DNA of 64,000 bases from Burkholderiales bacterium. GTDB taxonomy: Bacteria > Pseudomonadota > Gammaproteobacteria > Burkholderiales > SG8-39. This document shows positions 10,291-23,337 of the stretch, piece by piece. The notes beneath the pieces are model-generated. The model was not told where the DNA came from. It did no database searches and saw nothing but the letters and a program-made list of their open reading frames with translations. The position numbers were made by a program, and so were the translations under genes. Position 1 is the stretch's first letter. Each line of letters begins with the position of its first letter. The stretch spans positions 14,900 through 78,899 of the forward strand of contig DATAHF010000185.1 of the NCBI GenBank assembly GCA_036263315.1, read 5' to 3'.

Positions 10291-11613
10291 TCAGCGCGTC
10301 CGCGCGGCGCCCATCAGATGGTCGGGCAGCCAAGTCGCGATCTCCGGGAACACGCACAGGATCAGGATCGCCAGGAACATGCACAGCACGTACGGGATGG
10401 TGCCCCACATGATCTTCGCTAGCGGCACGTCGGGCGCGATGGAATTTACGATGTAGATGTTCAGGCCCACCGGCGGATGGATGAGGCCGATCTCCATGTT
10501 GATCGTCAGGATCACGCCGAACCAGACGGGGTCGAAACCCGCCGCCGTGATGATGGGAAAAAGGATCGGGCTCGTCATGAGGATGATCGCGGCCGGCGGG
10601 ATGAAGAACCCGCACACGAGCAGGAAGACGTTGATGAGCCCCATCAGCACCCAGCGATTGACGTGCATGTCGGCGATCGCCTGCGCCAGCGTTTGCGTCA
10701 GGTACAGCGACGTCAGCATGTAGCCGAACAGAACGGCGGCGGCGATGATCGTCAGGATCATCACCGATTCGCGCGTCGTATCGCGGAGGATCGCCCACCA
10801 GTCGCGTACTCGCCACATCTTGTAGATGACGACGGCAAGAACAACGCACAGCGCAGCGCCCACGCCGGCGGCCTCCGACGGCGTGGCGATGCCGCCATAA
10901 AGCGCGTACATCACGCCGACGATGATGGCGATGAAGGGCGCAATTTTCGGAATGGAGCCGAATTTCTGCTTCCAGCTGTAGCGGAAATCCGCCGCATGGG
11001 AGCGAAAACCCTTGCGCCAGATCGCGAAGAGCGTCCACAGCATGAATAGGCCGGTCAGCAGCAGGCCGGGCAGCACTCCGGCCAGGAACAGCCGCCCGAT
11101 CGACGTCTCGGTCGCTATGCCATAAAGGATGAACGTGATGGACGGTGGGATCAGGATGCCGAGCGTGCCGCCCGCGCAAATGGAGCCGGTCGCAATATCG
11201 TCCGGATAGCCGCGCCGTCGCATCTCGGGAATTCCCATCTTGCCGATCGCGGCGCAGCAGGCCGGCGACGACCCGGTGAGCGCGGCAAAAATGGCGCACG
11301 CGCCCAGATTGGATATCACGAGGCCGCCGGGTAGGCGGTAGAGCCACCGGTCGAGGGCCTCGTAGAGGTCCTTGCCGGCAGGCGAGGAGCCGATGGCGGC
11401 ACCCATCATCACGAACATTGGGATCGCGACCAGCGTGAAGTCGTCGAGTCCGGCGTAAAACGTCTCGGCGACGATGCGCATCGCATCGATGCCCTGGAAA
11501 AACAGCAGGAAGACGATGGAGACGGCACCCAGCCCGAACGCTACCGGCACGCCGGAGAGCAAGACGAGCAGGGTAGCGACAAGAACGATGAGGCCGTTCG
11601 TGGTGGGGCTCAT
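10291..11613 (-). CDS. TRAP transporter large permease (DctM family), system 2
   Basis: I chose the start at MSPTTNGLIVLVATLLVLLSG (11613), which gives an ATGA overlap with the upstream DctQ stop. The protein is a 440-aa DctM-like membrane protein. Confidence 0.88.
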   Translation of the reverse strand: MSPTTNGLIVLVATLLVLLSGVPVAFGLGAVSIVFLLFFQGIDAMRIVAETFYAGLDDFTLVAIPMFVMMGAAIGSSPAGKDLYEALDRWLYRLPGGLVISNLGACAIFAALTGSSPACCAAIGKMGIPEMRRRGYPDDIATGSICAGGTLGILIPPSITFILYGIATETSIGRLFLAGVLPGLLLTGLFMLWTLFAIWRKGFRSHAADFRYSWKQKFGSIPKIAPFIAIIVGVMYALYGGIATPSEAAGVGAALCVVLAVVIYKMWRVRDWWAILRDTTRESVMILTIIAAAVLFGYMLTSLYLTQTLAQAIADMHVNRWVLMGLINVFLLVCGFFIPPAAIILMTSPILFPIITAAGFDPVWFGVILTINMEIGLIHPPVGLNIYIVNSIAPDVPLAKIMWGTIPYVLCMFLAILILCVFPEIATWLPDHLMGAARTR

Positions 11614-12140
11614 GCCGCGGGACGCTCGTCCGTAAGGCCGAAAGGCGGAACGCGCCGCGTGACCAGGCAGACGAGCTCGACGATGTACTGAAGCACGAGC
11701 AGCGAGAGGCCAATCGGCATGGCGCTGTAGGGAATCCAGAGCCGCGCGCGCCATACGGTGTCCGATCGCCAATTCCCGGCCCACGCCTGGTACCAGTACA
11801 CGGTGCACGCAGCCAACAGCACCACGCAGAACGCCAGCCCGAGGAGCGTCGTAAAGACCGCCAGACGGTAGCGCGCGCGCTCGCCGAGATAGAGTGGCAG
11901 CACATCGACGTTCACGTGGCCACGGGTCATGAGCACATAAGCGCTGCCGATGAACGTTGCCGAAACGATGCTGTAGGTCACGACGTCCAGCTGCCAGATC
12001 GTGGTGCGGCCCAGACCGTAGCGCTCAACGACGATGTCGATGATGATGACTACGCCGAGCGCAATCAGGGCGGCAGCCACTACGCCCGCGATGCGCGAGG
12101 CAAGGTTCACTCCCCGAATGAATGTATCCATGGGCGGCAC
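11610..12140 (-). CDS. TRAP transporter small permease (DctQ family), system 2
   Basis: The 176-aa protein has 4 TM segments and lies between the DctP and DctM genes on the minus strand. Confidence 0.82.
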   Translation of the reverse strand: MPPMDTFIRGVNLASRIAGVVAAALIALGVVIIIDIVVERYGLGRTTIWQLDVVTYSIVSATFIGSAYVLMTRGHVNVDVLPLYLGERARYRLAVFTTLLGLAFCVVLLAACTVYWYQAWAGNWRSDTVWRARLWIPYSAMPIGLSLLVLQYIVELVCLVTRRVPPFGLTDERPAA

Positions 12141-12179
12141 AGCTGGCGGGCCGCTACGGCCCGCCGCCGGGCATCGTTG

Positions 12180-13178
12180 TTATTTGACCGACAGCGCTTC
12201 GTCGATCAGCTTCTGGCCGTTCGGCACATCCTTGGCGAACTTCGCGTACGCGCTTTTCTTCGCGACTGCGAGCCACTCGTTGTACTCGGCGTCGCTGAGG
12301 GTAATGACCTTCACCTTGTGGTCCTCGAAGGCCTTGATCGCCTCGGCATTGACCTGATCGGCCTTGCCTTCGTAGTACGCCTGCGCTTTTTTGCCGGCTT
12401 TCAGGATCACGTCCTGCTGCTGCTTGCTCAGCCGGCTGAATGCCTTCTTCGACATCAGCACCGGCTCGTACATGAACCACAGCGCGTTGTTTCCGGGGCC
12501 GGTGAGGCAGTCCGTCACCTCGTAGAGGCGCGTAGAGGCGAAGGTGCCGAGACTCGTATCGGTTGCGTTGACGACGCCCGTCTGGAATGCGTTATAGATC
12601 TCGTTGGACGGCGGCGTGACGATGCTGGCGCCAGCGGCCTCCCACATGGCGGCAAACGTCGGGCCGGCCGCGCGGAATTTCATGCCCTTCAGGTCGGCCG
12701 GCTTCTGGATGCACTTCTGCTTCGCCGCCATGCCGCCGGCAAACCACGCGTCGGACAGAACGATGACGCCGTGCTTCTCGATTTCCGCGCGCACATCCTT
12801 CATGAATTGCGAGTCGTTGACGCGTTTCGCGCGGTCCTGGCTGCGGATGAGGCCAGGCATCAGGGTCGCGCTGAAGGTCGGCACCTTGCCGCTCGCGTAG
12901 TCCAGCGGGAAAAGCGAGATGTCGAGCTGGCCGTCCACCATGGCGTTCCACTGCTGGTTCGGCTTGAAGAGCGAAGCGCCCGGGTAGACCTGAATGGTCA
13001 GGTCAACGTTCGCGTCCTTGGCTTCCTTGGCGATCATCTGCACCATGTCGTCGCGCACATCGCCCTTGCCGCCGGGGAATTGGTGCGAAGCGCGAAGGGT
13101 GGTGGGGGCGGCGAACGCCGTGAAACTGATCGCCGAGAGCATCGCGGCCACGATGGCCGCACGTCTTGTCGTGGTCAT
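12180..13178 (-). CDS. TRAP transporter substrate-binding protein (DctP family), system 2
   Basis: The 332-aa protein has signal peptide MTTTRRAAIVAAMLSAISFTAFAAP and a DctP-like fold sequence. Confidence 0.85.
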   Translation of the reverse strand: MTTTRRAAIVAAMLSAISFTAFAAPTTLRASHQFPGGKGDVRDDMVQMIAKEAKDANVDLTIQVYPGASLFKPNQQWNAMVDGQLDISLFPLDYASGKVPTFSATLMPGLIRSQDRAKRVNDSQFMKDVRAEIEKHGVIVLSDAWFAGGMAAKQKCIQKPADLKGMKFRAAGPTFAAMWEAAGASIVTPPSNEIYNAFQTGVVNATDTSLGTFASTRLYEVTDCLTGPGNNALWFMYEPVLMSKKAFSRLSKQQQDVILKAGKKAQAYYEGKADQVNAEAIKAFEDHKVKVITLSDAEYNEWLAVAKKSAYAKFAKDVPNGQKLIDEALSVK

Positions 13179-13223
13179 ACGGTCTCCTCCTCAGGAAATC
13201 GGCCCATATGCTAAACCAAACGG

Positions 13224-14447
13224 TCAAATTACGCCGTCGGCGCGCAACTTCGCGATCTGGCTGTCGCTCTGGCCCAGGATTCCCCGCAAGACTTCGTCGG
13301 TATGCTGCCCGAGAAGCGGCGGCGGAAGCTTGTATTCGAGCGCCGTGTCCGAGAAGCGCATCGGGCTCGCCACCATGGGCAGCTTTCCCGCCACGGCATG
13401 CTCGAGTTCGATCTTGACGCCGCGCGCCTGCACTTGGGGCTCCTCGAAGACCTGTGCGACATCGTTGATCGGACCGTTCGGCACCCCGGCGGAATCGAGC
13501 AGCTCGATCCATTCGCGCTTGGTCCGCTTGAGAAAGAGGTCCTGCAGCACGGCGGTGATCTGCGCGCGGTTTTCCACCCGCTTGCCATTCGTGGCGAAGC
13601 GCTCGTCCTTCGCGAGCTCGGGGCGACCCGCCGCCTCGCAGAACTTGCGGAAAAGGTTGTCGTTGCCGCAGGCGAGGATCACCTCGCCGTCGGAAGTGCG
13701 AAAGGGCTGGTACGGCACGATGTTGGGATGCAGATTGCCGATGCGCCGCGGCGGCTTCCCCGTCGCGAAGTAATTGGTGTTCTGGTAGGCAAGGAGCGCG
13801 ATCTGCGAATCGAGCAGTGCCAGGTCCAGATGCTGGCCCTTCCCCGAGCGCTCGCGATGCACGAGCGCCGCGCAGACCGCGATGGACGCGTACATGCCGG
13901 TGATAATGTCCGCGATCGGCACGCCGGCGCGCTGCGGCCCGCCGCCGGGCGCGCCATCGGGCTCGCCGGTGACGCTCATCATCCCGCCCATGCCCTGGAT
14001 CATGAAATCGTAGCCGGGCCTTTCCTTGTAGGGACCCGTCTGGCCGAACCCGGTCACCGAGCAGTACACGAGGCGGGGATTGAGCTCGTGTAGCTGTGAA
14101 AAACCCAGGCCGTAACGCTCCAAATCGCCGTACTTGTAATTCTCGAGGAGGACATCGGACTTTTCGGCCAGCGCGCGTACGAGCACCTGGCCTCCCGGCT
14201 TCGACAGATCGACGGTAATCGACTTCTTGCCGCGGTTCGCCGAAGTGAAATAAGCCGAGTCCTTCGAGTCGCGGCCTTGCGCGTCCTTCACCCACGGCGG
14301 GCCGAAGGCCCGCGAGTCGTCCCCGACCTTGGGACGCTCGACCTTGATGACCTCCGCGCCGAGGTCGGCGAGGTTCTGGCTTGCCCATGGCGCCGCAAGC
14401 ACGCGCGAAAGATCGAGCACGCGCATCCCGGATAGGGGTCCTGGCAT
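13224..14447 (-). CDS. Family III CoA-transferase (CaiB/BaiF family)
   Basis: The 407-aa sequence reads PLSGMRVLDLSRVLAAPWASQNLADLGAEVIKVERP...GDDSR, the characteristic N-terminus of CaiB/BaiF. Confidence 0.9.
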   Translation of the reverse strand: MPGPLSGMRVLDLSRVLAAPWASQNLADLGAEVIKVERPKVGDDSRAFGPPWVKDAQGRDSKDSAYFTSANRGKKSITVDLSKPGGQVLVRALAEKSDVLLENYKYGDLERYGLGFSQLHELNPRLVYCSVTGFGQTGPYKERPGYDFMIQGMGGMMSVTGEPDGAPGGGPQRAGVPIADIITGMYASIAVCAALVHRERSGKGQHLDLALLDSQIALLAYQNTNYFATGKPPRRIGNLHPNIVPYQPFRTSDGEVILACGNDNLFRKFCEAAGRPELAKDERFATNGKRVENRAQITAVLQDLFLKRTKREWIELLDSAGVPNGPINDVAQVFEEPQVQARGVKIELEHAVAGKLPMVASPMRFSDTALEYKLPPPLLGQHTDEVLRGILGQSDSQIAKLRADGVI

Positions 14448-14500
14448 CCGGTGAATCTATCATGCAGCCGCGCCGCCACCGGCCGCGGACGATGAAACCG

Positions 14501-14971
14501 CTACTTCACCGCAATGTTGTTGTGCACGGTGCGCACGCCGCTCACGCCGGCCGTCACCCGGCCTGCGCGCGAGACGATGTCCGGGGCAGGCACGAACCCG
14601 GAAAGCTGCACCTGGCCTTCATAGGTCTCTACCGAGATGGAGAGAGACGGGATCCCCTTCTCGGCGAGAAGCGCGGCCTTCACGCGCGCCGTCAAAGCCG
14701 CGTCGCGCAGGATGCGGCGCTCGTTATCCTGCTTCGCGTAGATGTATTCCGCTTCCGACAGTCGTCCATCGCCGTCGGCATCGAAGGTGGAGAAGCGCTT
14801 CGCGATCTCGCGATCGCCGGCGGCTTCGAGCTTGCTCAGGAAGCCGTCCTTGTTCCGGTCGAGCGCGGCAAAGTCGGCCCGCGGCACCGCCGCGGGAGAA
14901 GGCTCGCCGGCCGGCTGCGCCCAGCCGGGAAGCTGCGTGAGGAATAGCCCGATGAAAACCAATGCGCGCAT
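14501..14971 (-). CDS. Secreted protein with two EF-hand Ca-binding loops and a C-terminal BON domain
   Basis: Signal peptide MRALVFIGLFLTQLPGWAQP is followed by the loops DRNKDGFLSKLE and DADGDGRLSEAE. A BON-like segment (VETYEGQVQLSGFVP...VSGVRTVHNNIAV) follows. I chose the start at M20 of the ORF. Confidence 0.75.
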   Translation of the reverse strand: MRALVFIGLFLTQLPGWAQPAGEPSPAAVPRADFAALDRNKDGFLSKLEAAGDREIAKRFSTFDADGDGRLSEAEYIYAKQDNERRILRDAALTARVKAALLAEKGIPSLSISVETYEGQVQLSGFVPAPDIVSRAGRVTAGVSGVRTVHNNIAVK

Positions 14972-15068
14972 GGACTCACTATAGGGGCCACGCTCGGTTT
15001 TCCGTGTGACACACTTCCTGCGCTGCAATGATTAGCGTGTCGCCAGACAGCGACGCTGCGTCAATCCT

Positions 15069-15863
15069 TCACCACAAGCGGGCCAGCAAGCGGATCGCCA
15101 GTGCGTACAAGATCAAAGCGAGCACTACGCGCAGCTTCTTTACCGGCATGCGATGGGCGAGCTTGGCGCCTGCGGGCGCCGTGAACATGCTGCTTGCCGC
15201 GATCAACGCGAGCGCGGGCAGATAGACGTAGCCGAGCGTGCCGTCCGGCAGATCCGGCACCCGCCATCCTTGGAGGACGTACGCGGCGGTGCCGGCTAAG
15301 GCGATGGGAAAGCCGTTCGCCGCTGCCGTGCCGATGGCCCGGCGAAGCGGGACATTGCACCATGCCAGGAAGGGAATCGTGAGGAACGCCCCGCCCACGG
15401 CGAGCACGCTCGAGATCGCGCCGATGACGGATGCCGCGGCGAAGACGCCCGCGGGCCCCGGGATGGCACGCGTGGTCTTTGGCCGCAAGTCGAGGATCAC
15501 CTGGGTGGCGGCGACGAAGATGAGCGCGGTAAAGACGATCGCGAGCGGCCGGGTAGCTACCATGCCTGCAATCAGCGCCGCCACGAACGCGCCCGCCAGC
15601 ATCCCGGGCACCATGATGCGCGCCATGGCCCAGTCGACCGAGCCGTGCGCATGATGAGCCCGTGCGCTCGAGATCGAGGTGAACACGATGGTGGCCATGG
15701 TCGTAGCGAGGGCGAGGTGCAGCAGGTGCGCCTCTGGCACGCCTTGGGCCGTGAACGCAAACACGAGAAGCGGCACGATCACGGCGCCGCCGCCGATACC
15801 CAGCAGCCCGGCGATGAACCCGGCCAGGGCGCCGATGGCAAGGTATGCGAGCCACCAGTGCAT
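15069..15863 (-). CDS. TauE/SafE family sulfite/anion exporter
   Basis: The 264-aa membrane protein starts MHWWLAYLAIGALAGFIAGLLGIGGGAVIVPLL. Its ATG overlaps the upstream HAD stop (ATGA). Confidence 0.85.
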   Translation of the reverse strand: MHWWLAYLAIGALAGFIAGLLGIGGGAVIVPLLVFAFTAQGVPEAHLLHLALATTMATIVFTSISSARAHHAHGSVDWAMARIMVPGMLAGAFVAALIAGMVATRPLAIVFTALIFVAATQVILDLRPKTTRAIPGPAGVFAAASVIGAISSVLAVGGAFLTIPFLAWCNVPLRRAIGTAAANGFPIALAGTAAYVLQGWRVPDLPDGTLGYVYLPALALIAASSMFTAPAGAKLAHRMPVKKLRVVLALILYALAIRLLARLW

Positions 15864-16636
15864 CAGCGCAGCAAGTGCGCGGCGAGCTCGGCAAACCCCG
15901 CGCCGCAGGACGCGCTCGTGACGTATTTCGGCTTGTTGACGAGCAGCCCATCGAACCGCTGCACGTTCGCCACGCCGACCGAATTGTCGAAGAATTCGAA
16001 CATGGGCGCGTCGTTGGGCGAATCGCCGGCGAACACGATGCTCGAATTGCCGGCACCCAGGTCCACGCCGAAGCGCTCGGCGAGCAGCAGGCGAGTCGTG
16101 GAGAGCTTGTCGTAGTTTCCCAGCCAGCCATTGACGTGGATCGAGCTGATCTTCGCGGTGAGGCCGGCTTCGCGCATGATGGCGGCAATGCGCTGCGCCG
16201 CGGCCATAGGCAATGGCGCCACGTCCTCGCAGTAGTCGATGGCCAGATCCGTCGCGCGATACGGCTGGTCCGATGCAAGAGCGCTGCCGGGGACGCTGCG
16301 CAGCACTTCCGCAGCCACGGCGTCGAGGCGAGCGCGATTGTCGGCGAGCAGCGCGGCATGCGCATGGAAGCGCTTGTGCAGGCGTCCGTCGTGGAACGAG
16401 AAGTAGAAGGCGCCGTTCTCCCCTACCACCGCATCCACGGGCCACATCCGCGCAATATGGTCGCACCATCCCGCCGGACGGCCGGTGACCGGCACTACGC
16501 GCTTTCCCGCCGCATGCAGCCGCTCAAGCGCGCTGTAGGCCTCGGATGTAAGGACCCCATGCGTAGTCAGCGTGTCGTCGATGTCCACGAGCACCATGGC
16601 AATGTCCTTCGGGTCCAGCACGGCCAGGGGCTTCAT
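15863..16636 (-). CDS. HAD-IIB family hydrolase/phosphatase
   Basis: The 257-aa sequence reads LVDIDDTLT...VPVTGRP...GDSPND, which are HAD motifs I to IV. Confidence 0.85.
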   Translation of the reverse strand: MKPLAVLDPKDIAMVLVDIDDTLTTHGVLTSEAYSALERLHAAGKRVVPVTGRPAGWCDHIARMWPVDAVVGENGAFYFSFHDGRLHKRFHAHAALLADNRARLDAVAAEVLRSVPGSALASDQPYRATDLAIDYCEDVAPLPMAAAQRIAAIMREAGLTAKISSIHVNGWLGNYDKLSTTRLLLAERFGVDLGAGNSSIVFAGDSPNDAPMFEFFDNSVGVANVQRFDGLLVNKPKYVTSASCGAGFAELAAHLLR

Positions 16637-18075
16637 CCGTGCAGCACTTGCGCTACGCGCGCACGCTGGCGCTCACTCATCTGCAAGCCCGCCTTCGAGC
16701 GTCGCCACAGGACGTCCTCGGCGGTGGAAGCCCATTCGCGCTCGACGAAGTAACGTACTTCGCGTTCGGTCAAGCCGCCGCCGTAACGCTCGCCCAGCTC
16801 GCCGTCTCCCAGCACCTGCGCCGCAAGCGCGCCATGCCGCGCGAATACTTCCAGAACTTCCTCCGCCGGCAAGCGAGGATAGCGCTCGAGCAGCTTGCGC
16901 TTGGCCTCTTCCGAAGACGAAAACCGGCTTCCGGCGAGCGGCTCAGCGGCCGTCCACGCGCCTTTCATTTCCGGGAAATGCGGCTTCAGCTTGTCCAGCG
17001 CATGCTCCGCGAGCCTCCGATACGTGGTTATTTTGCCCCCAAAGACGGACAGCACGTCGCCTCCGCCGGCATGGTCGAGTTGCAGGACGTAGTCGCGAGT
17101 GATCGCAGACGGGTCCGTGCTCCCGTCGTCGTGAAGCGGACGCACGCCGGAGTAGCTCCATAGCACCTGCCGCGGCGCTACCTCGTTGCGGACATAGCGG
17201 TTCACTGCACGGCACAGGTATTCGATCTCCTCCGGACTGGCTACCGGGCGATCCGGGGCGCTGATCGTAACGTCAGTCGTTCCGATCAGGGTGAAGCGCG
17301 TCTGGAACGGAATCATGAAGACCACGCGGCGGTCGTCGTTTTGCAGAATGAAGGCGTGGTCGCCTTCGTAGAGCCGCGGCACCACGATGTGGCTGCCCTT
17401 GACGAGCCTGACATTCTCGGTACTGCTCACGCCCAGGCGCTCGTTCAGCACTTCCTTCACCCAAGGGCCGGCCGCGTTCACGATGACGCGAGCGCTCAGG
17501 ACTTCGCCGCTGGACAGGGTCGCTCGCCAGCCGTGGCCATCGGGGAGCGCGGAAAGGCATTCCGTGCGCACCAGCACGCGCGCGCCGCGCGCAGCCGCGT
17601 CTGCGGCATTGCAGACCACCAGGCGCGCATCGTCGACGCTGCAATCGGCGTAGCAAAAGCCGCGGCGAAACCCCGGCTTCAGGCCCGATCCATAGGGCAT
17701 GGCGTCGAGCCTGATGGCTCGGGAAGCGGGCAACAGGGACCGGCGCGCCAGGTGGTCGTACAGGAAAAGCCCGGCACGGATCATCCAGCGCGGGCGCAGG
17801 CCCGGCACGTGAGGCATGACGAAAGTCGCCGGGTGCACCAGATGCGCCGCCGTGCGCAGCAGGATCTCGCGCTCGGCCAGCGCCTCGCCTACCAGGCGGA
17901 ATTCATACTGCTCCAGGTAACGCAGGCCGCCATGGATCAGCTTGGAGGAGGAAGACGACGTTGCCCCCCCGAGATCGCCGCGCTCCGCGAGCACCACGGA
18001 AAGGCCGCGGCCTGCGGCGTCCCGCGCGATGCCCGCGCCATTGATGCCGCCGCCGATGACGAGCAGGTCGACCAT
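16633..18075 (-). CDS. glpD: FAD-dependent glycerol-3-phosphate dehydrogenase
   Basis: The 480-aa sequence reads DLLVIGGGINGAGIARDAAGRGLSVVLAERGDLGGATSSSSSKLIHGGLRYLE, the classic GlpD N-terminus. Confidence 0.92.
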   Translation of the reverse strand: MVDLLVIGGGINGAGIARDAAGRGLSVVLAERGDLGGATSSSSSKLIHGGLRYLEQYEFRLVGEALAEREILLRTAAHLVHPATFVMPHVPGLRPRWMIRAGLFLYDHLARRSLLPASRAIRLDAMPYGSGLKPGFRRGFCYADCSVDDARLVVCNAADAAARGARVLVRTECLSALPDGHGWRATLSSGEVLSARVIVNAAGPWVKEVLNERLGVSSTENVRLVKGSHIVVPRLYEGDHAFILQNDDRRVVFMIPFQTRFTLIGTTDVTISAPDRPVASPEEIEYLCRAVNRYVRNEVAPRQVLWSYSGVRPLHDDGSTDPSAITRDYVLQLDHAGGGDVLSVFGGKITTYRRLAEHALDKLKPHFPEMKGAWTAAEPLAGSRFSSSEEAKRKLLERYPRLPAEEVLEVFARHGALAAQVLGDGELGERYGGGLTEREVRYFVEREWASTAEDVLWRRSKAGLQMSERQRARVAQVLHG

Positions 18076-18123
18076 GGCGCGCGACTATAGACCATAGCCG
18101 CGCTGCCACGCCGGCGGCTGAAG

Positions 18124-18327
18124 CTAGCTGCCGTTCGCCTTCTTGAGCTGGTCGAGCTGGAGGACTTTCACGCGCACGGCGCCGTCGCTCGCCTTCGCGT
18201 CCGGCCCTGGCCTGGATTGCTCGCGTACCTTGGTCTGCTGCTGGCGGCGTACGCGCTCGAAGGTCTTGCGCACGTCGGTGTCGAAGCTCGGCTTGTATCG
18301 GAAAGAGGAATCGAGGATGTGTTTCAT
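18124..18327 (-). CDS. Small basic hypothetical protein (67 aa)
   Basis: AGGAGAG lies 7 nt upstream of the ATG. The sequence MKHILDSSFRYKPSFDTDVRKTFERVRRQQ is non-repetitive and coding-like. I recognise no domain. Confidence 0.55.
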   Translation of the reverse strand: MKHILDSSFRYKPSFDTDVRKTFERVRRQQQTKVREQSRPGPDAKASDGAVRVKVLQLDQLKKANGS

Positions 18328-18495
18328 GCGCGGCTCTCCTACGCTGACGGCGCCATTGTTTCAGCGGCCGCGCGCCGGCGTTGGTGGGTCGATCTAGTCT
18401 GCGCGGACTATCTTGGAGAAACTGCGGATTATTTCAAGTCGCGGAGTTGCTACACGCGTCGCGGCCGGCGCTACGGCGCGATGATTTTCTTGAGT

Positions 18496-18917
18496 TTATT
18501 TTTTTCGCAGCCTGCGAATTGCCGCGAGCTGGGCCGCGAGCATGGCGAGCTCGCCCTCCACCGTGGCGATTTCCTGCTTGCTGGTGGCGGTGCGGCGGGC
18601 CTCTTCCGCGCGCTTGAGCGCTTCCTGCGCCTTAGCCTCGTCGAGGTCCTGGCCGCGAATGGCCGTGTCGGCGAGAACGGTGATGACCTTCGGCTGCACT
18701 TCAAGAATGCCGCCCGCGACGAAGATGAGCTGCTCTTCTCCCCCGCCCGGCGGCGTGATGCGCACCGCGCCTGGCCGAATGCGCGTGATGAGCGGCGTGT
18801 GGCGCGGATAAATACCGAGCTCGCCGGCTTCTCCGGGGAGGACGACGAACTCGGCTTCGCCGGAAAAAATCGACTCCTCGGCGCTCACCACGTCCACATG
18901 CAGCGTAGCGTTGGCCA

Positions 18918-18918
<1 letters not shown>
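18496..18918 (-). CDS. atpC: F1 ATP synthase epsilon subunit
   Basis: The sequence [45 protein letters not shown] is followed by a C-terminal helical hairpin. I chose the internal start at 18918, which abuts the atpD stop. Confidence 0.93.
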
Positions 18919-22785
<3,867 letters not shown>

Positions 22786-22794
22786 GAGCGCTCC

Positions 22795-23331
22795 TTAAGC
22801 TTTCAATGCCGCCTCGAGCGCGTCGAGCTGCGCGCGCGCCGAAGCATCGATGACCTTGTCTCCCAGCACGACCTTGACGCCAGCGATGAGGGAGGAATCC
22901 ACTTCAAAACGAGGCTTGATCCGGCGGCCGGTCTTCTTTTCCAGCCGCTGCACGAGGTCCGTCGCCTGCCCCTCGGAGAGCTCGAACGCCGTGAACACCG
23001 CGGCCTCGATCACGCCCTCCCGCTCGTTCTTCAGCAGGTCGTACTGGGCGTTGATCTCGGGCAACAGATCCAGCCGCCGGTTCTCCGCCAGCACGCGCAC
23101 GAAATTCTCCGCATCGCCGTTGAGCTTTCCAGCCAGGATGGAGATGAACACGCCCGCAGTCTGCGCGTCCGAGAGCTTCGGGTCGGCGACCGCCGCGCGC
23201 ACGCGATCGTCGGCCGCCACCGCGGCCAGCGCGGCAAGCATGCCCGACCACTCCGCCAGGGCGCCCTTGTCGTCAGCCAGGCGAAAAGCCGCCTCGGCGT
23301 AAGGCCTGGCTACGGTGCTTGGTTCAGCCAT
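22795..23331 (-). CDS. atpH: F1 ATP synthase delta subunit
   Basis: The 178-aa sequence reads TVARPYAEAAFRLA, the OSCP/delta signature, and the gene lies between atpF and atpA. Confidence 0.93.
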   Translation of the reverse strand: MAEPSTVARPYAEAAFRLADDKGALAEWSGMLAALAAVAADDRVRAAVADPKLSDAQTAGVFISILAGKLNGDAENFVRVLAENRRLDLLPEINAQYDLLKNEREGVIEAAVFTAFELSEGQATDLVQRLEKKTGRRIKPRFEVDSSLIAGVKVVLGDKVIDASARAQLDALEAALKA

Positions 23332-23337
23332 CGCCGG

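Noticed and set aside
14995-15030. The palindrome GTGTGTCACAC upstream of the EF-hand/BON gene as a CRP/FNR-type site.
   Set aside because: It lacks the 6-bp central spacer of TGTGA-N6-TCACA sites. It is a single short occurrence with no supporting context.
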